The notes: generated by a model from the letters alone, not told the origin. A DNA stretch of 35,784 bases from Candidatus Zixiibacteriota bacterium (GCA_050117845.1 JASFLY010000026.1:1-35784); one strand, 5' to 3'; counted from the first letter of the stretch, positions 18,001-25,613 are shown. A program made the numbers and translations.

Positions 18001-19007
18001 CGAACCTGGCGTGCAATATCGTGGACGACGGCGGTGACCCCGTCCACGTCGTCCTTTCGTGGACCCGCTCGGTGGACGACCCGCTGTACAGCGAAGGTTT
18101 GCCGGGAGATACGTCCCCCGACGGCGTCGTAGCCCGGCCGTTCAACCGGCCCGACGGCACGGCGGCCCGTCCGGTCCCGGGCGGCGTCGCTTCGGGTGCG
18201 GGCGGCGCGGACACGGCGGCCCTGTTGGCCGCGGGCGATTCGGCCGGCCGCAACGGCGCGTCGGCTCCGGTTGCCGGCGGCACGGCGGCCTTCCCGCTCT
18301 CCGACAAGGAAGGCGACGCGGCCAAAGCCAAAGTTGACGAGCGCGTCTTCAACCCCGGGGCGCCTGGCATCCCGAATAAGAGCCGGCGGTTGTGGGCCGG
18401 CGGCGACCTGGACGGCGGCGCGAACGACGTCGAGAATTACCAAATCATGAAGAACGCGGCAACCATCGATTACTACCCCGACACGCAGGGCAATGACGTC
18501 GAATACGTCGACTGGAACGTTTCCTACGGGAATATGTATTATTACAGCGTGGCCGCCCGGGACAGCGAGAATTATTCGCCGGCGGCGGGGCCGGTTACGG
18601 CGGACTTAACCCAGATACCGGAAGATTATATAACGTTCCCGGGTGAGGCCGACGCTCCCACGACGCCGGGCCTTGCCGCCAGGACAGGCGTCCCCGGGGC
18701 TTCCGAGAAAATAAACGAAACGGGATTCGGGGCGTCGGGCGCCGAGAAGCGTTCGAAGGTCGTAACCTGTAAACCTAACCCCGTAACCGGTACGGCGACG
18801 TTCACGATTAACCTTAAGGCCGGGGGCCCCGCCCGCCTCGACGTCTATGATATCTCGGGCCGCCGTATAGCGACGGTCCTCGACCGCGCGGTATCGGCCG
18901 GCGGAGACTCGGTCACCTGGACGCCGACGGTGGCGGCCGGCATTTACGTTTACGTCCTCGAGGCCGAAGGCCGGCATTACGTCGGGAAGGTCGCGGTGGC
19001 CCGGTAA
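15045..19007 (+). CDS. Large secreted protein: C25 (gingipain-like) domain, FG-GAP/VCBS repeats, FN3-like domains and T9SS-type/FlgD-Ig C-terminal domain
   Basis: SDDWYVDFEGDDLLPEVAIGRLP, GAIG and LYCDPSL (C25). Repeated PAVGD(V/L)(N/D).DG..(D/E)(I/V)VV. ITLAWTPSVDD (FN3-like). C-terminal PNPV...LDVYDISGRRIAT...AAGIYVYVL. Confidence 0.8.
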   Translation: MKKKTILTIALNILLVAAVNATPVYLILYVPQTDMLAQVNRLKVIKESEGFQVLTSSSSCVYNQYPALDPKDAIKEYLLSIYDNPAYDLEFVLLVSSQRTDYPRYWINLPGGGIAGSYLSDDWYVDFEGDDLLPEVAIGRLPFAHSEELYNYVDKLLAYDVHRGEGWCDDVIISIDNVSHFSVVPAPGMTWEQYFQMLYDTSDTFSSFIEPHCTVEELRRAQHPTPYAAYRAYIDSGAALSVHLGSGSKDGIGGFWNELNYAFLTAEYGELNSVEALANNDKYPFFYYPVCYGGNLHGVFLRYPDTPTLAERLNFVEEKGAIGVLAPVGWALLTRDLRLFTRFFITEILDYGTPVGEALKEAKKLYFNQKQSNPAYVLSMELYCDPSLKLCLPCRDYFPPVVSGFPILLDESIWGLSVANMYPSINQGAPVEHPPYIIGSGDSLDIAFLTSDVAKGYDHAGKCNFSVPAAQLGSSVPLVDIDSDGLFESVVCGDDGVFIYDNEGNMLDGFPVFFVNPVAEAPAVGDVNGDGYLDVVVLTDSKVHVIDHTGAELSGWPANLPTDFSPVGAPAVGDLDNDGFLEIVVGTRSFSPSNSNVCVYDKNGNAKAGFPYTLYNQAITPPALADLTDDGPVEIVVASTLYSGGTWDNAEYYVFDSAGNKTVDVALNGYSIYKTPAVGDFVTWPEWPGKEVVLIGYDSPSFYILARTATTGAYRNTISMGNEIPTSALTIGDVNFLDTNEVVIGCEDRLMAYDLACGLVPFGGDWDGTLNGAVSTPIVTDLNGNTHCDIICGDGEALYAFTTHAIFNTIGTYDWIREGHDNMNTGIWDILAPTGVVAEDVPDDQGHKITLAWTPSVDDGVRSTRVTGYKIYREAGEVGPPPGGDGLAGGTASAAALAAKRSEGRLADVAGPASPTDSAGGTDLEQDNYLLIDTVAAGTFYYEDDNLDNLREYHYYIVATDGVHNSQPSVNVYVVPRDNIAPAAPTNLACNIVDDGGDPVHVVLSWTRSVDDPLYSEGLPGDTSPDGVVARPFNRPDGTAARPVPGGVASGAGGADTAALLAAGDSAGRNGASAPVAGGTAAFPLSDKEGDAAKAKVDERVFNPGAPGIPNKSRRLWAGGDLDGGANDVENYQIMKNAATIDYYPDTQGNDVEYVDWNVSYGNMYYYSVAARDSENYSPAAGPVTADLTQIPEDYITFPGEADAPTTPGLAARTGVPGASEKINETGFGASGAEKRSKVVTCKPNPVTGTATFTINLKAGGPARLDVYDISGRRIATVLDRAVSAGGDSVTWTPTVAAGIYVYVLEAEGRHYVGKVAVAR

Positions 19008-19035
19008 AACAACCAGCCAAAACGAGCGTAATAAT

Positions 19036-19061
19036 AAGCCGCCGGTTAACGCCGGCGGCTT
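19036..19061 (+). terminator. Hairpin after the C25 gene, probable terminator
   Basis: AAGCCGCCGG-TTAACG-CCGGCGGCTT, a perfect 10-bp stem. Confidence 0.6.
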
Positions 19062-19097
19062 GTCGCTAAACCTATCGTTCGTAACCCCACCCCGGCC

Positions 19098-19126
19098 TTG
19101 ACGCCGCCCCCTTTTTCCGTTATCAT
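19098..19126 (+). promoter_or_regulatory. Sigma70 promoter of the tRNA-Ser locus
   Basis: TTGACG (19098-19103), 17-bp spacer, TATCAT (19121-19126), 10 bp upstream of the tRNA 5' end. Confidence 0.75.
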
Positions 19127-19136
19127 TTAACCCCTT

Positions 19137-19176
19137 GGAGGGCTCGCCTAATGGTATGGCAGCGGATTTGAAATCC
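19137..19176 (+). pseudogene. 5' half of tRNA-Ser(UGA); probable prophage attachment junction
   Basis: GGAGGGC acceptor strand, D-arm GCC-TAATGGTAT-GGC, anticodon arm GCGGA-TTTGAAA-TCC, after which pairing breaks (AT instead of GC). No variable arm, T-arm or GCCCTCC-NCCA follows. Confidence 0.8.
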
Positions 19177-19200
19177 ATGCCCGGCCCTTTCAACAAGTCC

Positions 19201-19239
19201 AGCGGTTACAGCCTTTTACGGCGCAACCGCTTTTAATTT
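19201..19239 (+). terminator. Terminator-like hairpin just downstream of the tRNA fragment
   Basis: AGCGGTT..GCC-TTTTAC-GGC..AACCGCT followed by TTTAATTT. Confidence 0.55.
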
Positions 19240-19304
19240 CACGGCGTTACGATTCACGGTTATTCGTAGTTGTTCAGAACGACCAATTACTACGCGGGGG
19301 AATT

Positions 19305-19326
19305 TTAACACAAAATTAACACAAAA
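19305..19326. repeat. Tandem 11-bp direct repeat TTAACACAAAA x2; candidate integrase arm-type sites
   Basis: Exact tandem copies at 19305-19315 and 19316-19326, about 130 bp from the tRNA breakpoint. Confidence 0.55.
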
Positions 19327-19648
19327 ACCAGCTGCGAAATAATTTTCAATGTGCATCCACGATCCCGTCGACGGCGCGCCACAAAGCCTCGAGGTTCGGT
19401 AGAGGAAGGTCCGCGGCCGCGGCGACGTCGCGGACCTCGGTCGGCCGAGCGCGTACTCGGCGACGAACGCGAATACTTCGGCCCTCTTCTCCGCAGCGTG
19501 ATCCGTGCCTTCGGGGAAAGGGCCTCGAGTTTAGTATTAATATTTCGTAAGAGTTCGTCGCGGTTATTCCCGACGTTATCTCCCATATCGCGGTTTCTTC
19601 CCCTCAAAGGGCTCGCCGCTTAAACCAAACAAGTTTTAATTAACCCCA

Positions 19649-20401
19649 CTACCTAAAGAGGGCTTTAACCCGGCCGATGGAAGATGGGTCAATAGGTTCC
19701 GGGCCTACCCAATCCAGGGAATAGATATTATTCGTTGAGGCGTCGACGACCATCGGATCTATAAAGGGTGGCGAGCCGGTACGTCGGCTCGAACATAAAC
19801 CGACCGGTTCGGCGATATTCGCCGAACCCCAGTTAACGACGTAAACGAAATAGACTTTCCCGGTTGCCGGATCACCCAAGACCGCATCTTTCTCACCGTT
19901 GGCTTCGATAGCCGTTAAACTGCTTCCGGGCCCGGAAAACGAGCTAATAATCGACCCAGTCGTAGTTAGTTCCAGGGCAATGTTATCATCGGGAAACGCT
20001 ACGTAACGATATCCCCATACGCGACCGTACTCAGAGAGGTCTGCGGGATGGTCTTTCGGGCAATGAAAGGAGGCGACCACGGACCCGGACGACGTTAACC
20101 CGTATATATACCCGTTATTATAATTCGAAACAACGACGTCGCCGTAACCGCTCCAGTAACTCAAACCCCAAACGCCGGAGGGTACCGCGAGATTGATATA
20201 ATTCGAGGGCGTGAATAAATCGTAAATGCGCGGCGGCGTACCGTCGCACAAGACCGATACGTCGTACGGCGCATCGCGGGCAATTCCCCGGGCGTTTGGC
20301 GCCGGCGCGGGAAACGTATATGTGATCTCCCACCCGCTCGAAAAACAACATGCGACTAACACGGCGGAAATAACTGCTATCACGACAGCCATTCCCTTCA
20401 T
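19649..20401 (-). CDS. Secreted hypothetical beta-propeller-like protein with C-terminal PSSIGRVKALFR motif
   Basis: Signal peptide MKGMAVVIAVISAVLVACC, RBS AAGGGGG, GSVVASF and GSIISSF repeats. C-terminus resembles that of 5070..5900. Confidence 0.72.
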   Translation of the reverse strand: MKGMAVVIAVISAVLVACCFSSGWEITYTFPAPAPNARGIARDAPYDVSVLCDGTPPRIYDLFTPSNYINLAVPSGVWGLSYWSGYGDVVVSNYNNGYIYGLTSSGSVVASFHCPKDHPADLSEYGRVWGYRYVAFPDDNIALELTTTGSIISSFSGPGSSLTAIEANGEKDAVLGDPATGKVYFVYVVNWGSANIAEPVGLCSSRRTGSPPFIDPMVVDASTNNIYSLDWVGPEPIDPSSIGRVKALFR

Positions 20402-20420
20402 GGCGACACCCCCTTCGGTA

Positions 20421-20849
20421 CTATTCCGCCGTAAAACTCGTTTGAGCGGGTACCCAGTTCTTTTTCGTTGCCGTAATGGTACCACTTGCGCCGGCCGGCA
20501 CGCGGAAATCGCAACGGCCGTTTACGTTGCTAAGATTAAGGACGTAAACGTTCCCGTTGCTGGCGAAAGCGATACCGCGGGGGGAATCGAACTGGCCATC
20601 GCCTGCCCCATACGACCCCCACATTCCAAGAAACGAACCAGTCGGGGTAAAATATTCCACCCGGGCATTATTGTTATCAGTTACGTATACATTCCCATTA
20701 GGGGCGACAGCGACGTATTCGGGGAAATCGAACTGCCCTTCACCAGGACCGAACGAACCCCATTGGCCTTCGTACACCCACGCGGCGTAGGTACTCGTAA
20801 ACAAACCCGAGAAGGTTACCGCGGCCAGAAGCGCTATTACCTTTCTCAT
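20421..20849 (-). CDS. Short secreted NHL-repeat protein, probably truncated or chimeric
   Basis: Signal peptide, then WGSFGPGEGQFDFPEYVAVAPNGNVYVTD and WGSYGAGDGQFDSPRGIAFASNGNVYV (under two NHL repeats), then an unrelated tail. Confidence 0.65.
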   Translation of the reverse strand: MRKVIALLAAVTFSGLFTSTYAAWVYEGQWGSFGPGEGQFDFPEYVAVAPNGNVYVTDNNNARVEYFTPTGSFLGMWGSYGAGDGQFDSPRGIAFASNGNVYVLNLSNVNGRCDFRVPAGASGTITATKKNWVPAQTSFTAE

Positions 20850-21027
20850 GTGCTATCCCTCCAGTTTAAACCTCTTTACTCTACACGTTATCTTAATCAT
20901 AACAAAACTACCTAATCGGCACAATAACTCAATAAACCCTAGTTGCTTGAAGCGGTTTTCGATTATACTTCCCTATTAGGATACTCTATTATACTTATAC
21001 CCTCTGACAAAGCGTGGCAGTTTTTAA

Positions 21028-21048
21028 CCCGGGGTTATTAACCCCGGG
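21028..21048. terminator. Hairpin at the end of the phage late operon
   Basis: CCCGGGGTT-ATT-AACCCCGGG, about 40 bp downstream of the stop of 21087..21785. Confidence 0.45.
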
Positions 21049-21086
21049 CGTTAGGAAGGAGGGATATCGCTAAATAATGCGATCGT

Positions 21087-21785
21087 TCAATCGCAACTCC
21101 GTTTAAATAACCCCCATGTCTTCCTTACCAGGTACGTCTCTCCTAGCCGATCCCGTTGCGCCGACACGTTCCATCCGTCCCAGCCGCCGTGGACCTCGCC
21201 GACCAGACCGTCGCCATACCCGACGCCGACGCCTACCTCGAACTTCTCGTACCACTTCTTTTCCCAAGGATCATCGGCGTAAAAACGCGTCTCCTCGAGT
21301 TCGAGGCCAGGCTCGTTCGTCGAAACGGTCGCGCCCAGGCGGCCGTCGCGTTCGCGGGTCAACTCGACGTCGACAGCGAACCGCCACGGGTTCCAGTTCA
21401 TCTCGACGTCGCGCTCGGCGAAGTCGGCGAGGCCCGAGCCGCCGCCGCGCTCGGTCCACTCCCACGTCAGGGCGTCCGGCTGCCCCTCCGGGACCTCGGC
21501 CTCGTAAACCGACGTCGCGGGCGGCGCGTAGAAGTCCGCCTGGACCGCGGCTAGCAACTCGGCGTCCCGCTGCGCGAGGGCCGTTTCGAGTTCCTCGATC
21601 CTGCGCTCGTACGCCGACAGATCCTCGGCGGTCCCGCCGGCGGTCCGGGGGGAGACCCGCCACGTTTCGACCAGCGGGTTCTCGGGCGTCCCTTGGTATC
21701 CCCAGATAATGTACCCGGCGCCGACGCCGGCGCCGAAGACCAGGGCGACGGCGATGACGCCGCCCGCGGCTCGTAGCTTCTTCAT
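21087..21785 (-). CDS. Membrane-anchored coiled-coil protein in the spanin position
   Basis: N-terminal TM segment, coiled coil (LSAYERRIEELETALAQRDAELL), and Gly/aromatic beta-strand C-terminus. Immediately follows the endolysin. Confidence 0.55.
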   Translation of the reverse strand: MKKLRAAGGVIAVALVFGAGVGAGYIIWGYQGTPENPLVETWRVSPRTAGGTAEDLSAYERRIEELETALAQRDAELLAAVQADFYAPPATSVYEAEVPEGQPDALTWEWTERGGGSGLADFAERDVEMNWNPWRFAVDVELTRERDGRLGATVSTNEPGLELEETRFYADDPWEKKWYEKFEVGVGVGYGDGLVGEVHGGWDGWNVSAQRDRLGETYLVRKTWGLFKRSCD

Positions 21786-21786
21786 G

Positions 21787-22323
21787 TTACGGCCTCACGC
21801 GGTAATGCCAATATTCCCCGTACCCCTTCGTGTACGAGGTCAACGGCGGCCCGTTGTACCACGGCCGCTCGAGCCCGGCCCGGGCCGCGGCCAGGTTAAT
21901 CTCCTCGATCGTCAGCGCGGGCACGCACGACAGCCGGAAGAACTTCGTCGGCACGTCGATCGCGAATCCCGACCAGTGCCCGAAGTCGTCCGTGCTGTCG
22001 ATGCAGCCGCAGGGGTCCTGGTACTTCCCGCTGCCCGCGGTGGTGCCGAGCGGCCGGTAGCAGGAGTTCGCGTAGATTATGCCCGCCCGGGCGGCGCCGC
22101 CTCCGGCCTTCTGCCGGCAGATCCTCGCCGCTTCCTCGCGCCACTTCCGCAACGCGTCCAGGAGTTGCCCCTGAGCCATCATCACGGCGCCGGTCCCGGC
22201 GACGGCCGCGGCCACGTCCGGCGGGATCTCCAGAAGCGAACGTTCAACGGCGTCGACGTCGCGTTCCTGGAGCGCGACCCAACCGAACCGAGTCTTATAG
22301 GCCTTACCCACCGTGCACTGCAT
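21787..22323 (-). CDS. Endolysin, M15-family Zn peptidase-like
   Basis: SCYRP, GHWSGFAID and EYWHY match the SxYR / HxxGxAxD / ExWH pattern of M15 peptidases; adjacent to the holin. Confidence 0.72.
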   Translation of the reverse strand: MQCTVGKAYKTRFGWVALQERDVDAVERSLLEIPPDVAAAVAGTGAVMMAQGQLLDALRKWREEAARICRQKAGGGAARAGIIYANSCYRPLGTTAGSGKYQDPCGCIDSTDDFGHWSGFAIDVPTKFFRLSCVPALTIEEINLAAARAGLERPWYNGPPLTSYTKGYGEYWHYRVRP

Positions 22324-22559
22324 TATGGTTCCGTCCCGGGCGGGTTGCCGTCATTGCTGAACGCCCGCGCCTGGAACGCGTTCCCGGCGATGTAGGCCGC
22401 CGCCAGCGTGCAGGCCGCGGCGAAGATCGCGACCGAGTGCTCCCGCAGCCAGGCGAACGGCCCGAACAGCGGCAGCACGAACGCCGCCAGGCAGCCGGCC
22501 ACGACGCCGAGTAACGCCAGGACGAACTTCCGTGACTTCCATCCGTTTCCTTCGCTCAT
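22323..22559 (-). CDS. Putative holin
   Basis: 78 aa, WKSRKF followed by two TM segments. Its stop overlaps the endolysin start (TAATG). Confidence 0.7.
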   Translation of the reverse strand: MSEGNGWKSRKFVLALLGVVAGCLAAFVLPLFGPFAWLREHSVAIFAAACTLAAAYIAGNAFQARAFSNDGNPPGTEP

Positions 22560-22569
22560 CTCGTTCCTC

Positions 22570-22839
22570 CTAAAAGAGTTTGTCCCAGATTATTACCGCG
22601 ACCGTGGTGAACGTAGATATGGCCGCGACGCCGACGCCGGCTAAGGCGGTTATTACCGCCTTCCGTACTTCGACGTTTCCCTTCAGCCGTTCCTCGAGGA
22701 CTTCGAGCTTGGTCCTTATCTCGCCGATACCGTGGAACAGCACCTGGTGCTCCTCGTAGTTACGCGCGGCCGCGTCCTTCGAGTTTTTTATCTCCTCGCG
22801 GACGAACTCCTTAAAGCCGTTGTTCCCATCGTCAGCCAT
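22570..22839 (-). CDS. Small coiled-coil protein with C-terminal TM segment (lysis-associated)
   Basis: 89 aa, between the tail fibre and holin genes. Confidence 0.6.
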   Translation of the reverse strand: MADDGNNGFKEFVREEIKNSKDAAARNYEEHQVLFHGIGEIRTKLEVLEERLKGNVEVRKAVITALAGVGVAAISTFTTVAVIIWDKLF

Positions 22840-22847
22840 ACGCTCTC

Positions 22848-23792
22848 CTAGGTGTCGTCCCCGCCGTTCAGGTTGACCGCCGGCGCCTTCTTCCCGAGGA
22901 GTACGCTGACGTGGCCGTGCGACCCGGGGCTCGCGCTGTCCGGGACGCCGTATATACCCAGGAGGTCGCCCTCGTCGAATTCTACGAATCCCGACGCTTT
23001 CTCCGGGTTGCTGGAAGAGGAGTTAATCTTGACCTCGAGTTCGGTGTCGACGCCGTTCTTCCTCACCGTGTAGACGTCGCCGTCCGGGTTGGCCACCGTG
23101 CACTTCGTTTCCTGGAAAACCATAAGCGCGAGCGCGACGCAATCCTCGGGCACCGGCCACCCGTTCCCCTCGATGTAGTCGTCCGAGGGAACGCCCGAGT
23201 GGAACCACTTCAGGTAACCCGACGTCGCCGCGAATATCTCCCGCATGTCCGTGATATCGCCGCTGTTGATCTCGGTGACGCCGGCGCCGACGTAGACTTC
23301 CGCGAGTATCAGGTAGTTGTCGGTGATCGGCTCGCCGTTGTACTCGGTCGGGGGCGAGGGATCGGCGGACGGCGTTCCGGCCACCACGACGACCTCGAAT
23401 CCGTCGAGTTCCCGGATGTAAACCTCCTGGTTGTACTCCGCTTCGGTCACCGGGTTCCAGAACGTCCGCTGCACCGACGTCGAGTCCACCGCGGCGTAGC
23501 CGATCGCGACGACGTCGATGCGGTCGTACGTGGGATCGGCCGGCGCGATGGCGACGGTCGTCGAGTCGCCGATAATCGGGATCCCCTCGTGGTAGCCGAC
23601 GCCGGTGGCGACGTCCACGGTCATCGCGTCCGGCGCCGAATCCGATACCTTCAGGCCGTCGAGTACCTTGTTCGCGCCCAGTATCAGGTGCTGCACGAGC
23701 TGCGCCAGGCCGCTGTTCTGGACGAGCTGGGCTATCGCCGCCAGGTCCGCTTGCGTCACCTGTTCCTTATCGTGGAATTTTACCTTCTTCAT
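22848..23792 (-). CDS. Tail fibre / receptor-binding protein
   Basis: Follows the baseplate wedge genes. GLKV...MTVDVATG, RIDVV, GTPSADPSPP and LAEVYV....I....ITDMR pattern typical of fibre N-terminal anchors. Confidence 0.65.
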   Translation of the reverse strand: MKKVKFHDKEQVTQADLAAIAQLVQNSGLAQLVQHLILGANKVLDGLKVSDSAPDAMTVDVATGVGYHEGIPIIGDSTTVAIAPADPTYDRIDVVAIGYAAVDSTSVQRTFWNPVTEAEYNQEVYIRELDGFEVVVVAGTPSADPSPPTEYNGEPITDNYLILAEVYVGAGVTEINSGDITDMREIFAATSGYLKWFHSGVPSDDYIEGNGWPVPEDCVALALMVFQETKCTVANPDGDVYTVRKNGVDTELEVKINSSSSNPEKASGFVEFDEGDLLGIYGVPDSASPGSHGHVSVLLGKKAPAVNLNGGDDT

Positions 23793-23801
23793 GGCTGCTC
23801 C

Positions 23802-24446
23802 TCAGTTCAGGACTTCGATCGTAACCTCGATGCCCGCCGGCTTCACCGCCCGGATAAGGCACCAGAGGAACCACATCGGCACCGAATACTCAAGCCTGTC
23901 CTCGTAATTGTACTGCACGCCCAGGAATGAACGGCCGACGAAGAACCCCGTCCGCTGGATCGTTTTCCGCGTGTCCATGACGCGCACCAGGACGCGGTAC
24001 GCTACCTTCGTCCGGTCACACGACCAGGTGTTGACGCCCAGATAGTTCTTGCCGACGAACCACTGGTCGCGGATCCACTCGACGATCTCGGGATCCTTCA
24101 CGAACAGACCCTCGAGGGCCTCCTCCAGCGCCTCGCGCGTTACCTTGGGGCCGAACGCCAGGCGGCCGAGGCGCTCCCGCAGCCACTCGTCGGCCTCTCG
24201 CTCGCGGCGCTCGAAGCCGTACCCGGCGCATACCGTGTCGAGGTCCCGGCCGACCGCGGCGCCCGGCAGGATCTTCGCCGGTATGTTGGCGACCGGGGCG
24301 TGGACCGAGCCGTCGACCTCGTTCCCGACCGCCGTCAGGATGATCTCGACTTGCGTCCCCTCGTCCGTGTTGAACGCGGTGATGAGGCGACCGCGAATCC
24401 GCTGCCCGGCCGTGACGCCCGCCGTCGCTGCCGCCGTGGCCGACAC
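23802..24446 (-). CDS. Baseplate wedge protein (gpI/XkdU position)
   Basis: GRDLD....YGFER...EADEWLRER and C-terminal IRAVKPAGI. Lies immediately after baseplate J. Confidence 0.65.
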   Translation of the reverse strand: MSATAAATAGVTAGQRIRGRLITAFNTDEGTQVEIILTAVGNEVDGSVHAPVANIPAKILPGAAVGRDLDTVCAGYGFERREREADEWLRERLGRLAFGPKVTREALEEALEGLFVKDPEIVEWIRDQWFVGKNYLGVNTWSCDRTKVAYRVLVRVMDTRKTIQRTGFFVGRSFLGVQYNYEDRLEYSVPMWFLWCLIRAVKPAGIEVTIEVLN

Positions 24447-25609
24447 TAGACGTCCTCCTGAATCGTAACGTCGTACTCGGCCCAGGGCTTCTCGTCAGCG
24501 AAGACCGTGACGTCGCTAGAGATCTCGTCGAAGTTGATGTCCTGGATCCCCGGGACCTCGAGGCCGGCCTTGATCAGGCGGTTCACGAATACGGAGCCGG
24601 TGCCGACGGCGAGGCCGGTGTGTTCTCCGCCGATGTTGAGGGCCCGGACGTAATTAGCCAGCGTACGCGCGAGCTCCGCGTTCACCATCGCCTTGTTGAC
24701 CGTCCCGGCCGAGTACTTCACCGAGCAGGCCAGGTTGATGGGTTTTTCGTTCGGGGCCTCGACGTCGAGCGTCGTGCCGAGGGCGCGTAGGTAACGGTTG
24801 CAGAACTCCTGGGCCTTAGTCTTCACGTCGTTAGCGAGCCCCCCGTCACCCGTCGCCAGATACAACACGTTTTTCCCCGGTTCCGGGTCGCACTCTGACA
24901 GATGGGCATAAGTGATCTTCTCGCCGATGTGGTCGGAGATGAGGGGGACCGCCGCCAGGACGGCGTGGTAGGTGCACCGGCCCATCAGCTTGATCGCCCG
25001 GTGGAACTCCGTTCGGTACTCGTCGTCCGTCCAGGCGTCCATGCCGCCGGCGCCGCCGTCCTCGTTCGTGACGGCGTCCACGCCCGGCAGGTTCGAGACG
25101 ATCGTGTTGACCTTGCCGGCGCCCACGTTCGTCACGCGGCCGCCGCTCGTGCACTCCGCGTAGCAGGACACCGACTTCTCGCCGTACGTGATCTTCTTGC
25201 CTTCCTCGTACACCTCGAACTCCAGGACGTCCACCTTGGTGGTGTCGGCCTGGTAGACGACCTCGTCGGGATCCGTCGAGACGACCGTCCCCTTGGGGAT
25301 CGGGATGTCCTGGGGCGCCCCGGCCGCGGCGTTCACGGAGAATTTGACCAGCACGATGGACGGGATGTCGGGCCGCCGGAAGAACCGCAGGCCGTTGAGA
25401 ATGCGGTCCAGTTCGTCGCCCTCCGCCGACTGGATAAGCAGCCCCGCGACCGCCTCCTCGCGGCGGTAATCGGACTCCTCCAGTTCGTCGTCGATCGACT
25501 CCAGGAACGACCGCAGGCCGCTCCCGACGTTGAAATCCGTTATCTTGTCGGTCCGGGCGTTGATCCCCCGGATCATGCGCTTCAACCGTTCGGACATTCC
25601 ATCGGCCAC
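24446..25609 (-). CDS. Baseplate J/gp47-family protein
   Basis: ITDFNVGS..RS, AEGDELD, IPKGTVV, G...NVGAG..NTI, VDAVTN...AGG.D..TDDEYR. Confidence 0.88.
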   Translation of the reverse strand: MADGMSERLKRMIRGINARTDKITDFNVGSGLRSFLESIDDELEESDYRREEAVAGLLIQSAEGDELDRILNGLRFFRRPDIPSIVLVKFSVNAAAGAPQDIPIPKGTVVSTDPDEVVYQADTTKVDVLEFEVYEEGKKITYGEKSVSCYAECTSGGRVTNVGAGKVNTIVSNLPGVDAVTNEDGGAGGMDAWTDDEYRTEFHRAIKLMGRCTYHAVLAAVPLISDHIGEKITYAHLSECDPEPGKNVLYLATGDGGLANDVKTKAQEFCNRYLRALGTTLDVEAPNEKPINLACSVKYSAGTVNKAMVNAELARTLANYVRALNIGGEHTGLAVGTGSVFVNRLIKAGLEVPGIQDINFDEISSDVTVFADEKPWAEYDVTIQEDV

Positions 25610-25613
25610 GTCG

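Noticed and set aside
19137..19260. Complete tRNA, tRNA-Sec, or intron-containing tRNA
   Set aside because: The anticodon is UGA (Ser), not UCA. No T-arm or acceptor 3' strand follows. The break is in the 3' anticodon stem rather than the loop, and no group I intron core was recognised.
19305..19607. 100-aa ORF next to the att site
   Set aside because: The Arg-rich second half looks non-coding. It may be a frameshifted remnant (KLEALSP.../EKRAEVFAFVAEYAL in another frame), but it cannot be assigned.
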